DNA from: Pristiophorus japonicus
Lineage: Eukaryota
Direction: 5' to 3'
NCBI RefSeq assembly: GCF_044704955.1
Contig: NC_091983.1
Coordinates: forward strand, 193,750,001-193,814,000
DNA: 64,000 bases
The notes beneath the pieces were generated by a model that saw only the letters and a list, made by a program, of their open reading frames with translations, had not been told where the DNA came from and ran no database searches. Below are positions 53,723 through 64,000 of this stretch, piece by piece (the stretch's first letter is position 1; the number at the start of each line of letters is the position of its first letter). Both the position numbers and the translations under genes were made by a program.

Positions 53723-56155
53723 CATAATCATCATAGGCAGTCCCGCGGAATCGAGGAAGACTTGCTTCCATTCCTGAAGTGGGTTCTTTGGTGGCTGAAC
53801 AGTCCAATACGAGAGCCACAGACTCTGTCACAGGTGGGACAGATAGTCGTTGAGGGAAGGGGTGGGTGGGACTGGTTTGCTGCTCGCTCTTTCCGCTGCC
53901 TGCGCTTGAGACTCTCGGTGTTGAGACTCTCGGTGCTCAGCGCCCTCTCGGATGCACTTCCTCCACTTAGGGCGGTCTTGGGCCAGGGACTCCCAGTTGT
54001 CAGTGGGGACGTCGCACTTTATCAGGGAGGCTTTGAGGATGTCCTTGTAACGTTTCTGCTGCCCACCTTTGGCTCGTTTGCCGTGAAGGAGCTCCGAGTA
54101 GAGCACTTGCTTTGGGAGTCTCGTGTCTGGCATGCGAACTATGTGGCCTACCTAGTGGAGCTGATCGAGTGTGGTCAGTGCTTCAATGCTGGGGATGTTG
54201 GCCTGGACGAGGACGCTGAAATCTCCTTCCAGGGGATTTGTAGGATCTTGCGGAGACATCGTTGGTGATATTTCTCCAGCGACTTGTGTCTGCTGTACAT
54301 GGTCCATGTCTCTGAGCCATACAGGAGGGCGGGTATTACTACAGCCCTGTAGACCATGAGCTTGGTGGCAGTTTTGAGGTCTTGGTCGTCAAACACTCTT
54401 TTCCTCAGGCGGCTGAAGGCTGCACTGGCGCACTGTAGGATCACTGTTGGATCTCGTCGTCGATGCCTGCTCTTGTTGATAGGAGGCCCCCCGAGATATG
54501 GGAAGTGGTCCATGGTGTCCAGAGCCGCGCCGTGGATCTTGATGACTGGGGGACAGTGCTATGCAGTGAGGACAGGCTAGTGGAGGATCTTTGTCTTACG
54601 GATGTTTAGCATAAGGCCCATCCTTTCGTACGCCTTCGTAAATACGTCGATGATGTCCTGGAGTTCAGCCTCTGTATGTGCGCAGACACAGGCGTCGTCT
54701 GCGTACTGTAGCTCGACGACAGAGGTTGGGGTGGTCTTGGACCTGGCCTGGAGACGGCGCAGGTTGAACAGGTTCCCACTGGTTCTGTAGTTTAGCTCCA
54801 TTCCAGCTTAGGGAGCTTGTTGTCTGTGAGGTGGAGCATGGCGGCGAGAAAGATTGAGAAGAGGGTTGGGGCAATGACGCAGCCCTGTTTGACCCCGGTC
54901 CGGATGTGGATTGGGTCTGTGATGGATCCGTTGGTAAGGATCACAGCCTGCATGTCGTCGTGGAGCAGGCGGAGGATGGTGACGAACTTTTGGGGGCATC
55001 CGAAACGGAGGAGAATGCTCCATAGACCTTCGTGGTTGACAGTGTCAAATGCCTTTGTAAGGGCAAAGAAGGCCATGTATAAGGGCTGACGCTGTTGCCT
55101 GGATTTTTCCTGTAACTGTCGCGCTGCAAAAATCATGTCCGTTGTGCCCCGTAGGGGACGAAATCCGCACTGTGACTCCGGGAGGAGCTCCTCGGCCACG
55201 GGAAGAAGACGGTTGAGGAGGACTCTAGCGACGACTTTCCCAGTGGCTGATAGCAGGGAGATTCCTCTGTAGTTGCCGCAGTCGGACTTGTCCCCTTTTT
55301 TAAAGATGGTCACGATTACTGCATCCGAGATTCCCCGGCATGTTCTCCTCCCTCCAGATGAGAGAGATGAGGTCGTGTATTCGCGTCAGCAATGCCTCTA
55401 CGCCATACTTCAATGCCTCAGCAGAGATTCCATCCGCACCCGTAGCCTTGTTGTTTTTAAGCTATTTTATGGCTTTTTCTACCTCGTGCAGTGTTGGGGT
55501 CTCACTGAGGTGGTGGCGGGTAGCATGCTGCGGAATGGAGTCGAGAACACTCGAGTGAAAGGTAGAGTCTCGATTGAGGAGATCTTCGAAGTGCTCCTTC
55601 CAGCGGGCCCTGACTGCCTCGGTGTCCTTGAGTGTTTCCCCGTTCTTGGCCAGCAGTGCGGTGGGGTCTTGGGTGTTTCGCCCGTAGGTGGCCTTGACTG
55701 CGATGAAGAAACCTCGCACATCATGGTTGTCGGACAGCTGCTGTATCTCCTGTGCTTTCTCCATCCACCACCTGTTCTTTAGGTCCAGGATTTTTTGTTG
55801 GACCTCAGCCTTGATCCGTCTGTAATGCTGCTTTGCTGCTCCCGCGTTAGGTTGTTATTTAAGGCTCAGAAATGCCTTGCGCTTGTGATCTATTAGCTCT
55901 TGCATCTCCTGATCATTCTCATCAAACCTGTCCTGGTGTTTCCTGGTTGAGTGACCGAACGTCTCTTTGCAGGTAATGGTTATGGAGGCCTAGAGGGCAG
56001 ACCAAACGCTGTGGACATTCTGCATCTGGGGGTCATCAAGGCACGCCAGGTTAGCTGTGAGGCGCTGAGCCTCAAAGCGGAGAGGGCAGAAGTAGTGGCG
56101 CAAAAAAGTCAATGTCGGAGCACTTAAGGACCCAGTTAAGAGAGCCCTATACAGC
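53723..56155 (-). mobile_element. RTE LINE, 5'-truncated with a 5' inversion, inserted in an old CR1
   Basis: RT motifs (NYRGISLLS, GVKQGC, LQYADD), (CAT) tail, and a perfect 15-bp TSD ctgcatcacctccat at 53708-53722 and 56156-56170. Confidence 0.95.
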
Positions 56156-56307
56156 CTGCATCACCTCCATTGCTTGATTGTTGGTGACCAAAACTGAACA
56201 CAGCACCGAAGGTGCAGTCTGACCAAGTCACTGTACAATTCTAGCATAACAACTTCCCAGCTTATCTCAACTGATCAAGAAATATAATTAAACATTCCAT
56301 TTGCTCT

Positions 56308-56810
56308 GGAGTGTCAGCCTAGATTTTTTGTGTCAATCCCTGGAGTAGACATGAACCCACAATCTTCTGACTCAAAGGCACAAGTGCTACTCACTGAGCC
56401 ACAGCTGAAACATAACCTTAAGTGAAGAAATTCCTCCTCATCACAGCTCTAAATGGCCGACCCCTTATTCTGAGACTATGTCCACTAGTTCTAGACTCTC
56501 CAGCCAGGGGAAACCTTTCAGCATCTACCCTCAGGAACTTGTATGTTTTAATGAGATCACCTCTTATTCTTCTAAACTCCAGAAAGTAGAGGCCCAATCT
56601 ACTCAATCTCTCCTCATAGGACAACCCTCTCATCCCAGGGATCAATCTAGTGAACCTTTGTTGCACCGCCTCCAAGGCATGTATGCTCTTTCTCAAATAG
56701 TACATTACATTACAAGGGAATAAGACTAATTGGATAGCTCTTTCAAAGAGCCAGCACAAGCACGACGAGTCGAATGGCCTCCTTCTGTGCTGTATATGAT
56801 TCTACAATTG
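56308..56810. mobile_element. Cluster of a SINE head (56308-56410, minus), a CR1 fragment (56420-56700, minus) and a CR1 tail (56715-56805, plus)
   Basis: tRNA-like head, ORF 56418-56759 with EFRRIRGDLI, and cgaatggcctccttctgtgctgt..atgattcta. Confidence 0.7.
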
Positions 56811-57599
56811 GTTAATTGGAATCCTCCACTAATGTACCCTCTCTTATTTTCATACATCTTCCTCATCTCTTCAAGAAATTACCTTGCAATGCATCTGTGA
56901 AGATACGACAAAGGAAATGGAATGTATTATTGTCAATTACTGCCATCACAAGTTAACTTTAAATTTATTGGTAATTTTGCGCCCCCCCCCACCCCCGTCC
57001 GAAAGCACTGACACATGCTAAGGCTATGATTGCATGACACGAGCTGTGTGCTGGTACTTCACTAGAGTCGCCATTCTTTATATTTTAGCATCAGAAGACT
57101 AGGTGAGCACGAGGAACATCAACGCAAACCCTCATTTACTCCTCACCAGACACCCACTCACAAACATTTTCCAGCCGGGATCACCAGACAGTGACCAAAA
57201 ACTGGAGCCCTGAGTGATTTTCCACTGCCCAGTACCCGTGTGCCCGAAGAGCAAAGAACTACTGCCATACTGCCTAACACACCACAGATCAGGATTTGAA
57301 ACAGGGAGCTTCCTGGTCCTGATAGCTCAGTTACATAGTGGACAGAGCATTTACCAACTGAGTGACTAATGGAATGGTTAATCTTAGCTTTAATAATGGA
57401 AATTATATGAAATCACAGGCATTTATACTGCAGTAGATACAGTATCTGCTGAGGCACAAACTGGCCAATTCTGCATTGAAATCTTTAGAGAAACTGGTTC
57501 CAGAAATTAAACTTTTGCCAAAAACTACCCAATGAGGTGATGCCTTTTGCCTCCTTTCAAAAAAAATGCAAGTAGTTACTTATAAGAGATCCAAAATAG

Positions 57600-60500
57600 T
57601 GTGTTCCTAACACAGATAAGACTGCACACAGGGAGGTTAAAGTAACAGTGACCTCAGTCTTTATTAAGACACTCCAGAGTGAGGAACAGGCCTTAGGGGC
57701 CGGCTTATATACAGTGCTCCCAAGGGATGCTGGGATCCCTTGGGACTTCAGGGGATGAGCTCCCTGGTGGCGGAACATAGAAGTGCATGCTTTACAGATA
57801 CACAACATCACTCCCCCGCCAAAGTCAAAGTGAAAACTATTTACAAGGTGAGGCGGTCGGGAGCCTTTCTTTCCCTGGTGGACCGCCTCAGTGCAAATTT
57901 CTGTTCCGGTGTGTTGGCTGTGCCCTCGCTGGGCTGGCGTGTTGTTGCCCCTGCAGGGCTGCTAGGTGAGCCTGGCCTTGCTGGGCTGTTGGGCGTGATG
58001 GGTTTGATTTCCTGGTCTGGCGTGGTGTCGTTGATCCTTTGGGTGTGTGTTGTGGGCTCGAAAAAGGTGGTGTCTGCTGTGGGTTGTTCAGGGCAGTCTG
58101 TGATCCGCAGCCTCGTTTGGTCCAGGTGCTTTCCGCAAATTTGTCCATTGTCTAGTTTGACTACAAACACCCTATTCCCTTCTTTAGCTATCACCGTGCC
58201 CACGATCCACTTGGAACCATGTCCATAGTTTAGCACATATACAGGGTCATTCAGATCAATTTCCCGTGACACAGTGGCGCGACCATCGTTTACATTTTGT
58301 TGCTGCCACATTCTCTCTACCTGATCATGCAGGTTGGGGTGAACCAGCGAGAGTCTGGTTTTAAGTGTCCTTTTCATGAGTAGCTCAGCCGGGGGCACCC
58401 CTGTGAGCGAGTGAGGTCTCGTGCGGTAGCTGAGCAGTACTCGGGACAGGTGGGTTTGGAGTGAGCCTTCTGTGACTCGTTTAAGGCTCTGTTTGATGGT
58501 TTGTACTGCCCGCTCTGCCTGCCCATTGGAGGCTGGTTTAAACAAGGCCGAGGTGACATGTTTGATCCCATTGCGGGTCATGAATTCTTTAAATTCAGCA
58601 CTGGTGAAACATGGCCCGTTGTCACTGAGCAGTATGTCAGGCAGGCCGTGGATGGCAAACATGGCCCTCAGGCTTTCAATGGTGGCGGTGGTGGTGCTTC
58701 CCGACATTATTTCACATTCAATCCATTTTGAAAAAGCATCCACCACCACCAAGAAACGGGCCCGCATAGTCGACATGGATCCTCGACCATGGTCTGGAGG
58801 GCCAGGACCACAAACTTAGTGGTGCCTCTCTGGGCGCGTTGCTCAACTGAGCACACACGCGGCATTGCCGTACACAGGACTCGAAGTCAGAGTCGATACT
58901 GGGCCACCGCACATGGGATCTGGCTATCGCTTTCATCATTACTATAACTGGGTGTGTGCTGTGGAGATCCAAGGTGAACATCTCCCTGCCCTTTTTTGGT
59001 AGCACTATGCGGTTACCCCACAACAGGCAGTGTGCCTGAATGGACAGCTCGTCCTTTCGCTGCTGGAATGGCTTGATTGGCTCTTGCATTTCAACAGGGA
59101 TGCTGGCCCAGCTCCCATGCAGTATACAGTTTTTTACTAGGGACAGCAGAGGATCTTGGCTGGTTCAAGTCCTAATCTGGCGGGCCGTGACAGGTGATTT
59201 ATCATTTCCAAACGCTTCCATGACCATCAACAAGTCTGCGGACTGCGCCACCATCAACAAGTTTGCAGGCTGCGCCATTTCCACCCCCGTGGTGGGCAAT
59301 GGTAGCCGACTGAGAGCATCCGCACAGTTCTCAGTGCCTGGCCTGTGGCGGATGGTATACGCTGATAGCGCGAGTGCCCACTTTTGTATGCAGGCTGAGG
59401 CATTAGTATTTATCCCCTTGTTTTCAGCGAACAGGGATATGAGGGGCTTGTGATCGGTTTCCAGCTCAAATTTGAGGCCAAACAGGTACTGATGCATTTT
59501 CTTTACCCCAAACACACACACACTAATGCCTCTTTCTCAATCATGCTGTAGGCCCTCTCGGCCTTAGACAAGCTCTTGGAAGCATAGGCAACAAGTTGCA
59601 ACTTCCCCACAATGTTAGCTTGTAATACACACCCGACTCCGTACGGCGACGCGTCACATGCTAGCACAAGTCTTTTACACGGGTTATACATTACAAGCAG
59701 CTTGTTGGAGCATAAAATGTTTCTGGCTTTCTCAAAAGCAATTACTTGTTTCTTTTCCCCATACCTAGTTCTCACCGTTGCGCAATAACACGTGTAGGAG
59801 CTCTAAAAGGGTGCTTAACCCCGGTAGGAAGTTACCAAACCAGTTGAGGAGTCCCAGGAACAACCGCAGCTCCGTGACATTCGGTGGCCTGGGCGCGTTC
59901 CTGATAGCCTCTGTCTTGGCGTCTGTGGGCCGAATGCCGTCCGCCGCGATCTTTCTCTCCAAAAACTCCACTTCTGTTGCCACGAAGATGCATTTCGACC
60001 TCTTCAGCCGCAGCCCTACGCGATCCAGTCGCTGTAGGACCTCCTCCAGGTTTTGTAGGTGCTCGGCGGTGTTCCGACCCATAACCAACATATCGTCCTG
60101 AAAGATCACCTTGTGTGGTACCGACTTGAGTAGGCTCCCCATGTTTCTCTGGAAGATCGCTGCAGCCGACCGAATTCCAAACGGGCATCTGTGGTAGATG
60201 AACAGATGATGCAGGTGAGGCCCTTCGAAGACTCCTCCAGCTCCTACGTCATGTAGGCCGAAGTCAGGTCAAGCTTGGTGAACATCTTGCCTCCTGCCAG
60301 CGTCGCAAATAGGTCGTCTGTCTTAGGTAGCGGGTATTGGTCCTGTAGCGAGAAACGATTAATAGTTACTTTATAATCGCTGCAAATCCTGGCCGTGCCA
60401 TCACTTTTGAGTACTGGAACAATCGGGCTGGCCCACTTGCTGAATTCCACTGGGAGATGATGCCCTCGCATTGCAGCCTGTCCAGCTCGATTTCCACTCT

Positions 60501-62160
60501 CTCCCTCATCATGTGAGGTACCGCTCGCGCCTTGTGGTGAATGGGTCGTGCCTCTGGGACCAAGTGGATCCGCACCTTAGCCCCGGAAAAGTTTCCAATG
60601 CCTGGCTCAAAAAGGAAAGGAAATTTGTTAAGAACCTGGGTACATGAGGCCTCATCAACATGTGATAGCGCTCAGATGTCATCCCAGTTCCAGCGGATTT
60701 TGCCCAGCCAGCTCCTTCCAAGCAGTGTGGGGCCATCGCCCGGGACAATCCAGAGTGGCACTTCGTGCACTGTGCCCTTGTAGGTGACCTTGACCATGGC
60801 GCTGCCCAGGACAGTGATAAGCTCTTTGGTGTACGTTCTCAGTTTCGTGAGGATGGGGCTCAGGGCTGGTCTGAATGCCTTGTTGCACCACAGTCTCCCA
60901 AACATCTTTTTACTCATGATGGATTGGCTAGCGCGAGTGTCCAGTTCCATGGCTATGGGTAAGCCATTCAGTTTTACGTTTAGCATTGTAGGTGGACATT
61001 TCACCGAAAATGTGTGCACCCCGTGTACTTCAGCATCTGCCTCCTCTCTGAGGCTCGAAATTGCTTTGATCCACCATGGATCGATCTTCCTCTGCCATGT
61101 GGTGTTAGCAGGTTTTGCAGAGCTTGCAGCTAGTTTGCAAGCTCGTTGGAGGTGCCCCATTGTTCCATAGCTCTTGCAAACATACCCTTTGAAGCAGCAT
61201 GAATAGGCTGAATGGAAGCCTCCACAATGCCAACAAGATGTGAACTGCCTTGCATTCATCATTTGTTGGGGACTCAGTCATCTGAGACCTGCTGGCAGTT
61301 GCAGACTCGTGGGTTCTGCCCTGTACATTTCTGCTTGCAAACACAGTTCCAGTTAATTTATCAACATTGCTAGCACTTGTGTGCTGAGAGATTTGTTTGG
61401 TGTTATCACTGGTGGACATAAACGCCTGTGCTATCGCAATGGCCTTACTGAGGTTCGGTGTCTCTACAGTCAAAAATTTTCGTAGGATGGTCTCGTGGCC
61501 AATGCCCAGTACAAAAAAGTCTCTGAGCATTTGCTCCAGGTAGCCATCAAACTCACATTGTCCTGCAAGTCGCCTTAGCTCGGCGACGTAGCTCGCCACT
61601 TCCTGACCTTCAGATTGCTGGCACGTGTAGAACCGATACCTCGCCATCAGCACGCTCTTCCTCGGGTTAAGGTGCTCCCGAACCAGTGTACACAGCTCCT
61701 CATACAACTTATCTGTGGGTTTCACTGGAGCCAGAAGATTCTTCATGAGGTTGTAGGTCGGTACCCCACAGACTGTGAGGAGGACAGCTCTCCTTTTTGC
61801 AGCGCTTCCTTCTCCGTCCAGCTCGTTGGCTACAAAGTACTGGTCTAGCCGTTCGACATAGGCTTCCCAGTCCTCACCCTCAGAGAACTTCTCCAGGATG
61901 CCCACAGTTTGCTGCATCTTTGCGTTGGATTCGTATTCTCGTCGCCAGTTATTGTGTTCCTAACACAGATGAGGCTGCACACAGGGAGGTTAAAATAACA
62001 GTGACCTCAGTCTTTAATAAGACACTCCAGAGTGAGGACCAGGCCTTAGGGGTCGGCTTATATATAGTGCTCCCAAGGGATGCTGGGATCGCTTGGGATT
62101 TCAGGGGATGAGCTCCCTGGTGGCGGAACATGGAAGTGCATGCTTTACAGATACACAACA
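57600..62160 (-). mobile_element. Full-length decayed Ty3/Gypsy LTR retrotransposon (Mag-like)
   Basis: 208-bp TG..CA LTRs at 57600-57807 and 61953-62160, PBS TGGCGACGAG, PPT GGCGGGGGAGTGA. Domain order is gag/CCHC, protease (LDTRAS), RT, RNase H, integrase, with many frameshifts. Confidence 0.96.
61938..61947 (-). promoter_or_regulatory. Primer-binding site complementary to the tRNA-Ser(GCT) 3' end
   Basis: TGGCGACGAG, 5 nt after the 5' LTR. Confidence 0.75.
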
Positions 62161-62174
62161 TAAAAAACTGTCAA

Positions 62175-62771
62175 ACAGGATGCGAGGGAGCAGCGTGCGG
62201 CAGCCCGGCCCGGAAATCGACACGGTCCCGGCCTGCAAGACCATCAGCAGGCCGGGGCCATTGGAGGGAGCAGCGTGCGGCGGCAAGCCACTGTAGGCAG
62301 CAGCACGTGCTGCTACAGGAGGGGAACGGCTGCAAAGTCAGGTCGCTAATTGCAGTGCGGGCAGGAACAGCAGGAGGGGCGAAGGAGCGGCAAGAGTTTG
62401 TAGAAGGAAGTGACCGGGGCCCAGGAGAGGCGTGAGTCTGGGGCCCAGAAGAGGCGAGGGCCCAGGGGCAGCATGAGCCAGCCCACACTGTGATATGTGT
62501 ATGCGCTCGGTCTGTGCAGCAGAGCTGGTCTCCAGTCGTCTTGGTTAATCCTTGCCACTGGACCAAGACCTAGCTCTGTTAAGCTCGTGTGGTGGCTGGT
62601 GTGCGACGGCCACCACACGTTAAAAAAATCCACCCACAGGCATCTTCCACCCTCCAAGATGTAGTTCGGGATCTGAAATATTAAGTCCTTCATAGAAACA
62701 CCTGTGAACTCATTCCTTTTTGGCGTGGAAGCAAGCCATTCTCGCTTCAAAGGACTGCCTATGATGATGAG
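62175..62771 (+). mobile_element. Non-autonomous RTE-tailed element
   Basis: Ends in ggactgcctatgatgatga, the reverse complement of the RTE tails in this window. GC-rich non-coding body. Confidence 0.75.
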
Positions 62772-62772
62772 G

Positions 62773-64000
62773 ATATATGGATTTTAGCAAGGCTTTTGAT
62801 ACGGTCCCAGATGGCAGACTTGTCACAAAAGTAAAAGCCCATGGGAGCCAAGGCAAAATGACAAGTTGGATTCAAAATTGGCTCAGAGGCAGGAGGCAAA
62901 AGGTAATGGTTGATAGATGTTTATGTGATTGGAAGGCTGTTTCCGGTGGGGTTCTGCAGGGCTCAGTACTAGGTCTCTTGCTTTTTGTGGCATATATCAA
63001 TGATTTAGATTTGAATGTAGGGGGTATGATTAAGAAGTTTGCACATGATACAAAAATTGGCTGTGTGGTTGATATGAAGAAAGCTGTAGACTGCAGGAAG
63101 ATTATGAGGAGGCTGGACAAGGTGGATGCAGAGACGATGTTTCCACTGATGGGGGAGACTTGAACTAGAGGGCAAAATCTTAGAATAAGGGGCCGCCCAT
63201 TTAAAACTGAGATGAGGAGAAATTTCTTCTCAGAGGATTGTGGATGTGTGGATCTCACTGCCTCAGAGAGCTATGGAAGCTGGGAGATTGAATAAATTTA
63301 AGACAGAAATAGACAGTTTCTTAAACGATAAGGGAATAAGGGATTATGGGGAGCGGGCAGGGAGGTGGACCGGAGTCTATAATCGGATCAGCCATGATCT
63401 TATTAAATGGCGGAGCAGGCTCGAGGGGCCTACTCCTGCTCCTATCTCTTATGTTCTTATGTTCTTATCTGGTCAGGTGGTCAGAATAGTGGCAAATTAA
63501 ATTTAATCTGGAGAAGTGGGAGGTAATGCATTTGGGGAGGGCTAAGGTGGCAAGGGAATACACATTAAATGGTAGGACATGAAGAAGTGTAGAGGAATAA
63601 AGAGACCTTGGAGTGTATGTCCACAGATCCCTGAAGGTAGCAGGCTGGGTAGATAAGGTGGTTAAGAAGGCATCCGGAATACTTACCTTTATTCGCCGAG
63701 GCATAGAATACAAAAGCAGAAGGGTTATGCTTGTACGGAGGATGCTGAGGAGAGACTTTACAGAAGTGTATAAAATTACGAAGGGCCTAGATAGAGTGGA
63801 TAGGAAGGACCTATTTCCCTTAGTAGAGAGGTCAACAACCAGCGGGCATAGATTTAAAGTGATTGGTAGGAGGTTTAGAGGGGATTTGAGGGGAATTTTA
63901 TTTCACCAACAGGGTGGTGAGGGTAAGAAACTCACTGCCCGAAAGGGTGGTGGAGGCAGAAACCCTCATCACATTTCAAAAAGGTCTTGGATGTGCACTT
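62773..64000 (+). mobile_element. CR1 (subfamily C) with a nested subfamily A 3' fragment at about 63101-63467
   Basis: RT ORF 62777-63163, an internal (ttcttatg)n tail at about 63447-63467, after which the host RT resumes. Confidence 0.9.

Noticed and set aside
57080-57360. Possible ncRNA, with a similar stretch at about 560-680
   Set aside because: It looks like an ancient dispersed SINE-like repeat and is too degenerate to name.
57841-58776. Domesticated integrase gene
   Set aside because: It is part of a frameshifted Gypsy pol between LTRs, with a deletion just upstream of the VVVDAFSKW segment.
1-64000. CRISPR array or prokaryotic defence/RT system
   Set aside because: No repeat-spacer array or operon. 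All RTs are CR1, RTE or Gypsy in a spliced vertebrate locus.

Overview
Eukaryotic, vertebrate genomic DNA, most likely a shark or other cartilaginous fish judging from the CR1, RTE and Deu-SINE repertoire. It is not prokaryotic and shows no CRISPR, rRNA or intact tRNA genes. The only host gene found is sestrin-1 (SESN1) on the minus strand. Nine coding exons can be read with canonical GT-AG boundaries and consistent phases, from the short-isoform first exon (ATG at 33877) to 2309, totalling 1377 nt or 459 codons. The terminal exon lies left of the window. A CCAAT/GC/TATA-like promoter sits at about 33.95-34.35 kb. The rest is dominated by transposable elements: at least 11 large CR1 copies from several subfamilies (one nearly intact), RTE LINEs, L2 remnants, tRNA-derived SINEs, a decayed full-length Ty3/Gypsy element, and GGG-terminated TIR elements (Harbinger-like MITEs). 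I did not find a clearly new protein-coding system. The most notable observations are a twin-priming-type 5' inversion in an RTE LINE, two recombinant CR1s, inverted CR1s flanking a 336-nt in-frame exon pair (circRNA architecture), and hairpin-rich MITEs. TE boundaries are approximate and all comparisons were made by eye.
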